Shown here one piece after another: positions 44,065 through 53,670 of a stretch of 64,000 nt of DNA; the first letter of the stretch is position 1; the number at the start of each line of letters is the position of its first letter. A model generated the notes under the pieces. It was not told where the DNA came from, ran no database searches, and was given only the letters and a program-made list of their open reading frames with translations. This stretch comes from Minisyncoccota bacterium (GTDB taxonomy: Bacteria > Patescibacteriota > Minisyncoccia > Phycocordibacterales > Phycocordibacteraceae). The translations under genes were made by a program, and so were the position numbers. The stretch is from the NCBI GenBank assembly GCA_036399335.1, contig DASWNF010000005.1:6069-70068 (forward strand), given 5' to 3'.

Positions 44065-45293
44065 CCCTGCACGAGTACGAGCATCTGCTTTCCGCGCCGC
44101 AGGAGCGCGAGGCCGTTATCAAAGTCTTCGCCGGCAATTACCGTATCTGCGCCCGTTACCGGGACGTCGTTTACGGTCACGCCCTTGGCGTCGATGAGCC
44201 TGCGGGCATCACCCTTGGAGGTCGCAAGCCCCGAGAGCGTGAGCGCGTCGACGACGAGCGTCCCAGGCATGGCGCGAAGCGACGGGGCCTCGGCGAGGAG
44301 CGCAGTGCGCTCGCTTGCGGATAGGCTGCCGAGCGCGCGGTCGCCGAAGAGTGACTCCGAAACGACGACGCAGCGGTGAGCCGCATCCTTGCCGTGGACT
44401 ATCTCGGTCACGGTGCGCGCAAGCGTCTTCTGTGCCTCCCGTTTCCCCGGGTTCCGCGAATGGAGCTCCATGAGCATGCCGATTTCGAGCACGGAGAGGA
44501 AGGTGTAGTACTTGAGGTAATTCTCGACGACAGTGTCAGGCTGGTTAAGCCAGAACTGGTAGAAGGCGTAGGGCGAGGTCTTCTGTGGGTCGAGCCACAC
44601 CGCGTTCCCTTCTGATTTACCGAACTTCTTTCCGCTCGCATCGGTCACGATGGGCGTCGTGAGCGCGTATGCTTCCTTGCCGACCTTACGGCGGATGAGC
44701 TCGACTCCTGAGAGAAGATTCGTCCACTGGTCGTTCCCTCCTATCTGAAGGTCGGTGCCGTACTTCTGGTTCAGGATGAAATAGTCGTAGCCCTGGAGGA
44801 GCGAGTAGGCGAACTCCGTGTAGGAAATGCTGTCGTCCTCGTTGTCGAGGCGGCGGCGAATGACGTCGCGCTTCACGAGTTCGTTCACGGTGAAGTGCTT
44901 GCCAATATCGCGCAGGAAATCAACGAGCCCTACTTTGAGGAGCCAGTCGGCGTTGTCGACGACTTTCACGCGGTGGCCGATGATCGCCTGCATCTGCGCC
45001 TTGATGGCCCGCTTATTCTTTGCGACCGTGCGCTCGTCTGCAAGCGGCCGCTCCCCTTTCTCCTTCGGGTCGCCGATCATTCCCGTACCGCCACCGACAA
45101 GAAGCTGGACGGTATGTCCGGCGTCAGCCAGGCGCTTCATCGTGAGTACGACGAGCAGGTTGCCCGCGTGCATCGAGTCGGCTGTAGGGTCGACGCCAAG
45201 GTAGACGGTGCGATGCTTCCCGAGGATCGCATCGATATCCGCAGAGGAATTCTCGACGAGGCCGCGCGCTTTCAGGTCTTCTGCTAAGGTCAT
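44061..45293 (-). CDS. tyrS: tyrosine--tRNA ligase
   Basis: 410 aa; HIGH variant (DSMHAGNLLV), KFGKS, C-terminal S4 domain. Confidence 0.92.
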   Translation of the reverse strand: MTLAEDLKARGLVENSSADIDAILGKHRTVYLGVDPTADSMHAGNLLVVLTMKRLADAGHTVQLLVGGGTGMIGDPKEKGERPLADERTVAKNKRAIKAQMQAIIGHRVKVVDNADWLLKVGLVDFLRDIGKHFTVNELVKRDVIRRRLDNEDDSISYTEFAYSLLQGYDYFILNQKYGTDLQIGGNDQWTNLLSGVELIRRKVGKEAYALTTPIVTDASGKKFGKSEGNAVWLDPQKTSPYAFYQFWLNQPDTVVENYLKYYTFLSVLEIGMLMELHSRNPGKREAQKTLARTVTEIVHGKDAAHRCVVVSESLFGDRALGSLSASERTALLAEAPSLRAMPGTLVVDALTLSGLATSKGDARRLIDAKGVTVNDVPVTGADTVIAGEDFDNGLALLRRGKQMLVLVQG

Positions 45294-45313
45294 GCCGCTA
45301 GTATAGCAAGAGC

Positions 45314-45919
45314 CTAATGCGCCGCCCCCCAGGGCTCTTGGCCGTACGCTTCTATTGACCGGCTGAGATGGCTTCGCATTATGCGTACAGTACTGAGAAG
45401 GGTCGTTCCCGTTTTGGCATACGCTTCAAATGACGTGCCCTCGATGCCTGAAATCATCGGGTCTACTATGGGTAGGAAGTAGCTTTGCATCCACTCGGTC
45501 CCGAGGCTCCCTATCGATATGCTTGCCTGGGACAGGTTATCAATAAGGTCGGAGAGCTTAATGAGACGGACTTCTTCCCCGTTTTCACTCACCTGGCGCG
45601 TATAGGCATCCGGATGGTCGTCCCCAAACGTATTGGTCAGGCTCTCAATATATGAGAGCGCCGCGTGCCCGGATGCCTCGGCTATCTCTTCCTTGGCGGC
45701 GGCGGTGTCTTCGAGCAAATCATGGCCTATGGCACCGCACAGGAGGGCGGAGAGCGCATCAGGATCGCGGCATTCGCCGGATTGCGTGAGCGCGGACGAG
45801 AGTATCGTCTGCACGCGTCTTGCATGGACTAGGGCCGGCGTGCCGTCCTGTCGGGCCTGTCCTTTGTGCAGTCGGGAGGCGAGCTCGTCCATCCGCGCCA
45901 GTCGCTCCTCGGGAGTCAT
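45314..45919 (-). CDS. stand-alone HD-domain hydrolase of the SpoT/Mesh1 (small alarmone hydrolase) type
   Basis: 201 aa from MTPEERLARMDELASRLHKGQARQDGTPALVHARRV (RelA/SpoT HD N-terminal signature), HD dyad in GAIGHDLLEDT; track ORF extends upstream to 46054. Confidence 0.6.
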   Translation of the reverse strand: MTPEERLARMDELASRLHKGQARQDGTPALVHARRVQTILSSALTQSGECRDPDALSALLCGAIGHDLLEDTAAAKEEIAEASGHAALSYIESLTNTFGDDHPDAYTRQVSENGEEVRLIKLSDLIDNLSQASISIGSLGTEWMQSYFLPIVDPMISGIEGTSFEAYAKTGTTLLSTVRIMRSHLSRSIEAYGQEPWGAAH

Positions 45920-45990
45920 GCCTCCACTATCGCGCACCTTGTCCCTTTCGACAAGTTGTAGTTTAATGCGAATGGACAAGGAGAACCGCC

Positions 45991-46614
45991 ATGACGTATG
46001 AGGACTGGATTCATTACGCCGGCGCCTCGGTAGAGGCGCTCTCACGGACGGCAAACGGGGTCAACGACCCGTCGCTATCGCATGACAAGCCCGGGCTGAG
46101 TATCGAAAGCGGTCCTGCGCTTAGGGCGCAGGCCGCAGCGAACATTCGGCGGGCTGTCGACTTCGCCTGGCATTCCCGGGACAGCGTACGCGGTGCACGC
46201 GAACTCTGCGCGTTCATTGAGACCCTTGCGGCCCAACTGAACGAAGGGCTCGTGCCTGCAGACCGCCCGCTATTGCGAACGTGGCACACGAAGTATTCGG
46301 GACCCGTCGCGCCTGAAGACGTGCCCGCGGCATTTGGTGCCTTCTGCGTGAAGCACGCGACAAGCCTGGTACACGACTGGTCGATAGCTGAGGCCATATT
46401 TATGGCTGCGGAAATCGAACGGGACTTCAACTACCACGTCCATCCGCTTGCCGACGGCTGCGGAAGGGTCTCGCGGATACTCGGCGCGCTCGTGCTTCTG
46501 CGGGTCGGGTCACGTCCCGCCCGCTTTGAAGACCGGACGGAGTACTACGCGCTTATGCGTGCGTCGTCCGAAGCCTGGCACGAAGCCTATGAGCGCCAAC
46601 TGCTCCGTGCGTAA
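45991..46614 (+). CDS. Fic/DOC family protein with non-canonical active-site motif HPLADGCGRVSR
   Basis: 207 aa; motif aligns to HPFx[DE]GNGRxxR with F to L and N to C substitutions, followed by ILGALVLLRVG helix. Confidence 0.65.
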   Translation: MTYEDWIHYAGASVEALSRTANGVNDPSLSHDKPGLSIESGPALRAQAAANIRRAVDFAWHSRDSVRGARELCAFIETLAAQLNEGLVPADRPLLRTWHTKYSGPVAPEDVPAAFGAFCVKHATSLVHDWSIAEAIFMAAEIERDFNYHVHPLADGCGRVSRILGALVLLRVGSRPARFEDRTEYYALMRASSEAWHEAYERQLLRA

Positions 46615-46653
46615 CATAAAGGGGCCCGCGACCGGTTGGTCGTGGCCCCTCTC

Positions 46654-47325
46654 TTATCCGTCGATGCCGACGTATTTGAGGTCGCGGAACATCTCGGGCC
46701 GCAGGTTGAAGAAACGTTCTTCCACCGGCGGCTTAACGTCCACTGCCTCGACCTCGTCCCAGTCCCGTAAGTCAAACGGGAGCGGCGCCTCGACGTCGCG
46801 GATAGTCAGCATCGGCATGGCGAGTCCGGCACCGACCAGTGGATAGTTCCGGTGGATCCCGTCGAGGAGTGCGGACCCGTTATCCCGGCCGATCTCAATG
46901 ATAGGCGGAAGGTAGTGGGCCACCACCCGGGTACCGTCCTGCATCCTCCCGAAGGCGATGAAGGCACCGAGGCCGGTTGGCCCGCTCGGTGTCGCAAACC
47001 CTTCGAGGATCTGCTGGAAGCGTTCGACCAAGGCGGTATATTTGCCCCGTTCAATGAACCGTTGGCCGACCCTCGCGGACCGTGCCGAAAGGTTCATGGT
47101 GCCAATCCACTTTCCCGTGTACGGATGGGTCTTACCGTCCTTGCACACGACACTTTCGAGAAGCCTCCTCAGGTATTGGTGGTGCATGAGCTGAACGCAG
47201 TCAATGATCTCCAGCTGGCGCAAGGAGACCACCTGCGTGACGGAATCCCGTGGGTAGAAAAGGTCGGCCTCGGTGTCGAGACCCGTCCTGCCCAGGAACT
47301 CCGCCACCGGTATGGGTGTAAACAC
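46654..47325 (-). CDS. hypothetical protein, possibly ParB/sulfiredoxin-like fold
   Basis: 223 aa; LLDGIHRNY recalls the DGHHR motif of ParB-like nucleases; weak. Confidence 0.3.
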   Translation of the reverse strand: MFTPIPVAEFLGRTGLDTEADLFYPRDSVTQVVSLRQLEIIDCVQLMHHQYLRRLLESVVCKDGKTHPYTGKWIGTMNLSARSARVGQRFIERGKYTALVERFQQILEGFATPSGPTGLGAFIAFGRMQDGTRVVAHYLPPIIEIGRDNGSALLDGIHRNYPLVGAGLAMPMLTIRDVEAPLPFDLRDWDEVEAVDVKPPVEERFFNLRPEMFRDLKYVGIDG

Positions 47326-47381
47326 GGCTGTTCTCCTTGCGGTTCTGGCCGCATTAAATCACTATTTCAGACTTTTGCAAA

Positions 47382-47900
47382 TTATTTAACCAGGAAGAGG
47401 AGGCCGACAAGCGGCGCCACGAACCACCAGAAGAAGTACTCGTTCGGCGCAAACAGGGAGTTAATGGGGTTAGGGAACGTATAGATATTGCTGATATGGA
47501 AGACATGGTACGCAAGCGTAAGGAGAAAGGTCGCCGCAAGGAAGGACAGTACAAAGCGTGGGACAAAGGAAAGGACGCCGAATCCTCCGCTCGTGAGCCG
47601 CTGGATGAAATGGAACGGCACGAAGGTTGCTGCCGCGTAGAGGGCAATGCTGATGACGGCCTTCACGATCGTTGAGCCGCCCGCGTCGAGGATGTCGTCC
47701 GTGTACGGGAACACCATGTAGAGTGCATAGCCCGCATAGAAGGCGATGATAAGCGAGATGATGCCGCCCCGCCCTGACTTATAGGAAAAGCCGATCATGA
47801 TGACCGTTAGGATCCCCAGCACGAGGAAGTTGCCGATGAGGAGCCACGCGCTCTCGACGCCTGAGGTGGCGAAGTCGCTGATGCTGGTGACGAAGTCCAT
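47382..47900 (-). CDS. hypothetical five-TM membrane protein
   Basis: 172 aa hydrophobic ORF. Confidence 0.45.
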   Translation of the reverse strand: MDFVTSISDFATSGVESAWLLIGNFLVLGILTVIMIGFSYKSGRGGIISLIIAFYAGYALYMVFPYTDDILDAGGSTIVKAVISIALYAAATFVPFHFIQRLTSGGFGVLSFVPRFVLSFLAATFLLTLAYHVFHISNIYTFPNPINSLFAPNEYFFWWFVAPLVGLLFLVK

Positions 47901-47965
47901 GGGAGTAGTATGGGGCAGAAACGCTTAGCTGAGAATAGAGGGAGGCGAACAGCCCTTCTGGTGCT

Positions 47966-49036
47966 CTACAGGCTCTCTGCGCGGAGCTCTTCGACGAGCT
48001 TCCTGGCTTTCCCCGAGAGCTTCTTCGGGAAGGCCGCGGTGAGGTGGATGAGGAGGTCGCCCGCCCGCCCGTCGATATCTACGCCACGGTTACGGATGCG
48101 GAGCGTTTGCTCGGGCGCCGTCATGGGGGGCACTTTCACCTCGAGCTGCTTGTCGTCGATGGTCGTTATCGTGACGGTTGAGCCAAGGAGCGCGTCGGTG
48201 AGCTTTACCGGCATTTCCATAACTAGGTTAAGTCCCTGCTTCTTATATACGGGGTGCGGCTTTACGTGCACCTTTACGTAGAGGTCGCCCGACACCCCGC
48301 CCTTAATGGCTTCGCCGAGTCCAGGCATGCGAATCATCTCGCCGCCGTCGATGCCCGCAGGGATGCTGACGTTTATTTCCTCTTCCTTCCGTACGACGCC
48401 GCGTCCGCCGCAATTCTTGCAGGCGTCCTTGGGTACCTTCCCGCTCCCTTCGCACGTCGGGCAGGAGCGTACGCTCGAGAATGCGCCCAGGATGGAGTCG
48501 CGCGTCTCGTGCACGCGCCCTGCCCCGTTACACGTCTTGCAGGTTTCAAGCTCGGTACCCGGCTTTGCGCCCGAGCCGGTGCAGGTATCGCACTTGCCCA
48601 CCTTGGTGATGAGTACCTGGCGCTTGCCGCCCTGCACGCTTTCCTTGAACGGCACCTCGATGTCTATTGAGATATCCCGGCCGCGGCGCGCCTTGCTCCG
48701 TCCGCCGAAGAGGTCGCCGAAGCCCCCGCCGAAAAGGTCGGAGAAGTCGAAGTCTACACCGCCCTGCTGGCCGAAGCCCGAGAAGTCGAAGCCGCCGAAG
48801 GGGTTCCCGCCAGCTCCTGCTCCCCCGCCTTGGAATGCCTGGCCGTACGTGTCGTATTCGCGACGCTTCTTCTCGTCCGAGAGGATGCTGTATGCCTCCG
48901 TTATCTCCTTGAACGTCGCCTCGTCGCCGCCCTTGTCTGGGTGGTGTTGCTGTGCGAGCTTACGGAACGCCTTTTTTACGTCGTCCTTGCTCGCCTTCTT
49001 ATCGACGCCGAGTATGTCGTAGTAGTTCTTAGCCAT
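47966..49036 (-). CDS. dnaJ: molecular chaperone DnaJ
   Basis: 356 aa from MAKNYYDILGV; J-domain HPD, G/F-rich linker, four CxxCxGxG zinc repeats, C-terminal domains. Confidence 0.92.
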   Translation of the reverse strand: MAKNYYDILGVDKKASKDDVKKAFRKLAQQHHPDKGGDEATFKEITEAYSILSDEKKRREYDTYGQAFQGGGAGAGGNPFGGFDFSGFGQQGGVDFDFSDLFGGGFGDLFGGRSKARRGRDISIDIEVPFKESVQGGKRQVLITKVGKCDTCTGSGAKPGTELETCKTCNGAGRVHETRDSILGAFSSVRSCPTCEGSGKVPKDACKNCGGRGVVRKEEEINVSIPAGIDGGEMIRMPGLGEAIKGGVSGDLYVKVHVKPHPVYKKQGLNLVMEMPVKLTDALLGSTVTITTIDDKQLEVKVPPMTAPEQTLRIRNRGVDIDGRAGDLLIHLTAAFPKKLSGKARKLVEELRAESL

Positions 49037-49100
49037 GAATACCCTCATTCTACGCGTTCTGGTTTTCGTATGCAAAAAAAGAGGAAGTTGCGGGCCATAG

Positions 49101-49147
49101 GTATAAAAAAGAGGGCGGCTGCGGATGTGGTGTCCGCTGCCGCCCTC
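49101..49147 (-). terminator. hairpin terminator, copy 1 of a duplicated about 47-bp element
   Basis: GAGGGCGGCTGCGGA-TGTGGTG-TCCGCTGCCGCCCTC, on - strand followed by T6; terminates 49168..49881. Confidence 0.65.
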
Positions 49148-49167
49148 GTTCCTCCATAAGGAGGGCC

Positions 49168-49881
49168 TTACTTCGCCTTCGGGACCGGAGGCGCGGTGAT
49201 TGCCGCGCGGATGTCCTTCAGCGCTTCGCGGTACTGCCGCGCCCAGGCCGGGTAGTGATCGACGCCGACGTCGTTCTCGTCACCAGGATAATCCTGGTAG
49301 GCGAAACGGAGCCGGAACGGCACCGGCGCATAGCGCGAGCCGCCGATGGCCTGGTCGACGTCGCCGTCGAGCCCGATGTCCCACATCGTGCCGGACGTCT
49401 TGTTCACGTCCGAGGTGGGGTCGAGCGCCTCGACAGCCTTCGGCATGTCCGTGACGCTGAGCGCCCGGTCGTTCGGCTCCAGCTGGTCACCGGTGTAGGT
49501 GAGCTCATAGAGCTTGCCGCTCGCGCCCTTCACGACGCGCGTGATGTCGCCGCCGTTGTGGTCCGGCTTGTTGGCCTTGAGGAAGTTGACGATGACGGCA
49601 ACGTCGGTGTCGGTGTCGGGCGTGGCTGCCGGCATCGGCTTCACCGGCGCAGGCGGCGGCGCAGGCGCGGCCGCAGCCGTAGGTTCGGGCTGGGCTTTCA
49701 CCGGTGCCGCTTCCTCCGCGGCGGCGGCTTCCGTCGCCGCGACAGCGTTGTCGGCGTCGGAGCTGCCGAGCCAATTAAAGGTATTGGCGACGAGCACGCC
49801 GCCGATGAGCAGAACGATGATGAGGCCTACGATCATCCAATTCCTATTGGTCACAATGAGTCTCCCTGAATACGACGCCAC
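49168..49881 (-). CDS. hypothetical membrane-anchored protein with Ala/Pro-rich linker
   Basis: 237 aa, one TM helix, AAPAPPPAPVKP linker, C-terminal globular domain. Confidence 0.45.
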   Translation of the reverse strand: MASYSGRLIVTNRNWMIVGLIIVLLIGGVLVANTFNWLGSSDADNAVAATEAAAAEEAAPVKAQPEPTAAAAPAPPPAPVKPMPAATPDTDTDVAVIVNFLKANKPDHNGGDITRVVKGASGKLYELTYTGDQLEPNDRALSVTDMPKAVEALDPTSDVNKTSGTMWDIGLDGDVDQAIGGSRYAPVPFRLRFAYQDYPGDENDVGVDHYPAWARQYREALKDIRAAITAPPVPKAK

Positions 49882-49946
49882 AGGTACGTGGCAATCCGTT
49901 AGGAGTTTACGGTATATAAAATAAAAGTCAAGCCCCCAGAATTCGG

Positions 49947-49994
49947 CATATAAAAAGAAAGGGCGGCAACGGATGTGGTGTCCGTGCCGCCCTC
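49947..49994 (-). terminator. hairpin terminator, copy 2 of the duplicated element
   Basis: AAGGGCGGCAACGGA-TGTGGTG-TCCGTGCCGCCCTC, about 85 % identical to copy 1 including the CATATAAAAAGA flank; terminates 50014..50514. Confidence 0.65.
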
Positions 49995-50013
49995 TTTGAG
50001 CGAATGGCTCTGC

Positions 50014-50514
50014 TCAGCTCGTGAGCGTCATCGCCGACTGATCGTTGTACTGGGCCAGCAGCGCGTTGTACTGGGCCAGCAGCGCGTCGTACTTATCCGC
50101 AGAAGTCTTGTCGTACCGCGGATAGCCGTTGAAGATGAAGACCAGCTTTCCCGGAACTGCCCGAGACGAGCTCGGGTAGAATTCCTCGGACGCTTCCTCG
50201 TCGCTCCAGCTGACGCGGAGGGCGCCGGTAGCGCGATCGAGGCTGAAAACCCGGCCGACGATCTTCTTCCCGTTGTGAAGCTGGTAGATGATGAACGGCA
50301 CCCCTTCGCACAGGCGCTCGCTGCTCGGGTCGCCCGACGCGGAGATCAGGCCGCCGTACGGTTCGCTGAGGCAGTAGGGCTCGAAGAGGCTGACGACCTT
50401 GTTCAGGCCTGCGGGCGAATACGGCGTCTCCTGCGCCGCCGACTTGGTGTCGGCGTTGCCGCAGCCAGCGAGAGCAGTGGTGAATGCCATCAGACCGACA
50501 ATCTTCCTGATCAT
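50014..50514 (-). CDS. lipoprotein (lipobox LAGC)
   Basis: 166 aa, signal peptide plus Cys, C-terminal ALLAQYN repeat from 21-bp tandem duplication. Confidence 0.5.
   Translation of the reverse strand: MIRKIVGLMAFTTALAGCGNADTKSAAQETPYSPAGLNKVVSLFEPYCLSEPYGGLISASGDPSSERLCEGVPFIIYQLHNGKKIVGRVFSLDRATGALRVSWSDEEASEEFYPSSSRAVPGKLVFIFNGYPRYDKTSADKYDALLAQYNALLAQYNDQSAMTLTS
50044..50092 (-). repeat. 21-bp tandem repeat, 2.3 copies (CGTTGTACTGGGCCAGCAGCG)
   Basis: two perfect copies plus partial third, in-frame. Confidence 0.75.
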
Positions 50515-50593
50515 GTTATTTGGCCCTCCTTAGGCCTTTGTTGAATGAGAAGAACAACGCGAACAATTCCGGTATATATTCACATACTAAGAC

Positions 50594-50632
50594 AAAAGGT
50601 CAAGCCCTACAGGATTGCTCCTGTAGGGCTTG
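50594..50632 (-). terminator. dnaK terminator CAAGCCCTACAGG-ATTGCT-CCTGTAGGGCTTG then T4 on - strand
   Basis: perfect 13-bp stem. Confidence 0.7.
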
Positions 50633-50658
50633 AGTACTTACGTTCCCGGACGTTGTGC

Positions 50659-52569
50659 CTACTCCCCCTCTTTTGGCTTCTCCGTGAATTCGGCGTCAGT
50701 GGTGCCAGCCTCGGAGTTCGGGGCTGCGTCTGCGCCCTCAGGGGCTGCGGCTCCTCCGCTTTCCTTCTCGTTTTTCATCATGGCCTCGCCGATTTTCGAC
50801 ATGCTGGCCGAAAGCGCATCGGAAGCTGCCTTGATGGCTTCAATGTCGTCGCCCTCGCGCGCCTGCTTGAGTGCGGCAACCTTCTCATTCACTTCCGTAA
50901 CGACCTCGGCAGGGGCCTTGTCGCCGGCATCCTTTACGGCCTTCTCGGCGGTATAGGCCATTTGCTCGGCGAGATTCTTCGCTTCGATAAGCTCCTTCCG
51001 CTTTGCGTCCTCGCCTGCGTGCGTCTCGGCGTCGGCCTTCATCTTCTCAATGTCTTCCTTCGAGAGGCCGGTCGAGCCTTCGATGCGGATGGACTGCTCC
51101 TTGCCGGTGGTCTTCTCGAGCGCCTTCACGGTGAGGATACCGTTGCTGTCAACGTCGAAGGTGACCTCGACCTGCGGCATGCCGCGCGGTGCGGGAGGGA
51201 TGCCGTCGAGCATGAACTTGCCGAGGTCCTTGTTGTCGTTGGCCATTGCGCGCTCGCCCTGTACGACGTGGATCTCGACGCTCGTCTGGTTATCCGCGGC
51301 CGTCGAGAACGTCTGTGACTTCGACGTCGGAATCGCCGAGTTGCGCTCGATGAGCTTGGTAGCGACGCCGCCCATGGTCTCGATAGAGAGGGAGAGCGGG
51401 ATGACGTCCACAAGCAGGATGTCCTTCACGTCGCCCTGGAGGATACCGGCCTGGATAGCCGCACCGATGGCGACGACCTCGTCTGGGTTCACGCCCATGT
51501 GGAGCTCCTTCCCGAAGAGCTTCTTCACCTCTTCCTGGATGAGCGGCATGCGGGTCTGTCCGCCGACCATGATGATCTCGTTTATGTCCCCCGCCTTCAT
51601 GCCTGCCGCATCAAGCGCGCGCTTCACGATGTCGATCGAGCGCGTGACGTATTCCTCGGCGAGCTGCTCGAGCGTCGAGCGCGTGAGCCTGAGGAGGAGG
51701 TGCTGGGGGCCGGCGTCGGTTGAGGTAATGAACGGGATGTTGATCTCGGTCTCGGAAGCTGACGAGAGCTCGTGCTTCGCCTTTTCTGCCGCCTCATCAA
51801 GGCGCTGGAGAGCAAGCGGGTCTTTCGAGACATCGATGCCGCTTTCCTTCTTATACTCGTCGGCGATGTACCGCACGACCTTCGTGTCGATATCGCGGCC
51901 ACCCATGTGCGAGTCACCGTCGGTCGACTTCACCTCGATGACATCGTCGCCGACCTCAAGTACGGACACGTCGAAGGTGCCTCCCCCGAAGTCATAGACC
52001 ACGATCTTCTCGTCCTTCTTCTTATTAAACCCGTAGGCGAGGGCCGCAGCCGTAGGCTCGTTGATGATGCGCTTCACGTCGAGCCCGGCGACCTCACCTG
52101 CGGCCTTCGTCGCAGCGCGCTGTGCGTCGTCGAAGTATGCAGGGACGGTGATGACGGCCTCGGTGATCTTCTCCCCGAGCTTTGCCTCGGCATCCGCCTT
52201 CAGTTTGGAGAGGATCATCGCTGAAATCTCTTCAGGGCGGTAGTCCTTGTCGGACAGCGTAACCTGTACGCCGCCGTCAGGGCCTCCCTTAATTGCGTAG
52301 GGCACGACGTCCTTGTCGCGCGCAACGACCTCGTCCTCCATACGGTGGCCCATGAAGCGCTTGATGCCGTAAATCGTGTTCTTTGGGTTCGTGACTGCCT
52401 GGCGCTTTGCAAGCGTACCGACAAGCCGCTCGCCGTTCTTTGCGATTGCCACTACCGACGGCGTCGTGCGTGCGCCCTCGCTGTTTTCGAGTACGCGCGG
52501 CTCACCTCCCTCCATGATAGCCATGGCGGAGTTTGTCGTACCCAAGTCAATACCAAGAATCTTTGCCAT
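50659..52569 (-). CDS. dnaK: molecular chaperone DnaK (Hsp70)
   Basis: 636 aa; [16 protein letters not shown], full NBD and SBD. Confidence 0.95.
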   Translation of the reverse strand: MAKILGIDLGTTNSAMAIMEGGEPRVLENSEGARTTPSVVAIAKNGERLVGTLAKRQAVTNPKNTIYGIKRFMGHRMEDEVVARDKDVVPYAIKGGPDGGVQVTLSDKDYRPEEISAMILSKLKADAEAKLGEKITEAVITVPAYFDDAQRAATKAAGEVAGLDVKRIINEPTAAALAYGFNKKKDEKIVVYDFGGGTFDVSVLEVGDDVIEVKSTDGDSHMGGRDIDTKVVRYIADEYKKESGIDVSKDPLALQRLDEAAEKAKHELSSASETEINIPFITSTDAGPQHLLLRLTRSTLEQLAEEYVTRSIDIVKRALDAAGMKAGDINEIIMVGGQTRMPLIQEEVKKLFGKELHMGVNPDEVVAIGAAIQAGILQGDVKDILLVDVIPLSLSIETMGGVATKLIERNSAIPTSKSQTFSTAADNQTSVEIHVVQGERAMANDNKDLGKFMLDGIPPAPRGMPQVEVTFDVDSNGILTVKALEKTTGKEQSIRIEGSTGLSKEDIEKMKADAETHAGEDAKRKELIEAKNLAEQMAYTAEKAVKDAGDKAPAEVVTEVNEKVAALKQAREGDDIEAIKAASDALSASMSKIGEAMMKNEKESGGAAAPEGADAAPNSEAGTTDAEFTEKPKEGE

Positions 52570-52664
52570 GTGGTCTGTATTACATTTACACTTTTAAAAA
52601 TACGCCCGAGATACTCCTATTTTACGCTTCATGAAAGGGGGTTTCAAGCCCTCCGCCCGCGCCG

Positions 52665-53213
52665 TTAATTCTCGACGTGGTACACCCGGACCTTCGCAGG
52701 ACGGACGACGCCGGCTGCTGTCCTCCACCCGGCTTCGAGCACGGCGGAGACGGTGTCGTCGTCTTCCTTTGAGGTGCCAAAGTCCTGGCCCAAGGCCTCA
52801 TGGTGCCCCGGGTCGAACGGCTCGCCCACTTCCCCGAAGCGCTCAAGGCCGAGCGCCCCAACGGCGTCATGGAGCTGCTTTACGATGCCCTGCATGCCCT
52901 CAGGAATGCCGCCTGCGGCCTCAGCGCGCGCCAGGGAGTCCAGGGCCGGCAGGAAGGCCTGTGCGGCCTTGAGGGCGCCCTGGGAGCGTGCGGCCGCCCG
53001 CTCCTCCTCGAAGCGCTTGAGTGCATTCACGTAGTCGGCCTTGGCGCGCTGCCAGCCGTCGAGGTATTCCTGCTTCTCGCGCTTAACGGCCTCAAGCTCG
53101 CGCTTCAGCTTATCGGCCTTCGCGCCTGCGCGGGATTCCATTGCCTCGACGTCTTCCTCGCTTGCGCCGTCAGCGACGCGCTCGGTTTCAAAAGTTACCT
53201 CATCCTCGTCCAT
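52665..53213 (-). CDS. grpE: nucleotide exchange factor GrpE
   Basis: 182 aa; coiled-coil N-terminus, conserved YLDGWQRAKADYVN... and C-terminal beta domain. Confidence 0.88.
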   Translation of the reverse strand: MDEDEVTFETERVADGASEEDVEAMESRAGAKADKLKRELEAVKREKQEYLDGWQRAKADYVNALKRFEEERAAARSQGALKAAQAFLPALDSLARAEAAGGIPEGMQGIVKQLHDAVGALGLERFGEVGEPFDPGHHEALGQDFGTSKEDDDTVSAVLEAGWRTAAGVVRPAKVRVYHVEN

Positions 53214-53271
53214 ATAGTAAGAATATGCCTGAAAGGAGGTGGCTAGTCAAAACCCGGTAGCCACCCGTACC

Positions 53272-53664
53272 CTACTCTGTCGTATCTCCCAGGAACTCCT
53301 CGTCATCCTGTTCGGCCTTTTCCTTGGTCGCGTGCACGGTGCCGTCCTTGTGGTGCGGTGGCGCATAGAGGGTGTAGAGCTTGAGGGCACCGCTGCCCGT
53401 ATTCACGATGTTGTGTTCGGTGCTCGCGGGAATGACGACGACGGAGCCGGCCGTTAGGGCGTGTTCCGTGCCGTCGAGTACGGCCTTACCGTTCCCTGCC
53501 TCGATGCGGATGAACTGGTCTTGCCCGTGTACTTCGCTTCCGATTTCGCTTCCTTCGGGTATGCACATGACAACCAGCTGCATGTATGCGGACGTATAGA
53601 GCACGCGACGGAAGTCGTTGTTCTCAAGCGTATCCTTCTCGATGTCGGTGACGAATCCTTTCAT
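53272..53664 (-). CDS. cupin domain protein
   Basis: 130 aa; two cupin motifs with His ligands (GSEVHGQDQFIRIEAG ... PASTEHNIVN). Confidence 0.65.
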   Translation of the reverse strand: MKGFVTDIEKDTLENNDFRRVLYTSAYMQLVVMCIPEGSEIGSEVHGQDQFIRIEAGNGKAVLDGTEHALTAGSVVVIPASTEHNIVNTGSGALKLYTLYAPPHHKDGTVHATKEKAEQDDEEFLGDTTE

Positions 53665-53670
53665 AATGTC

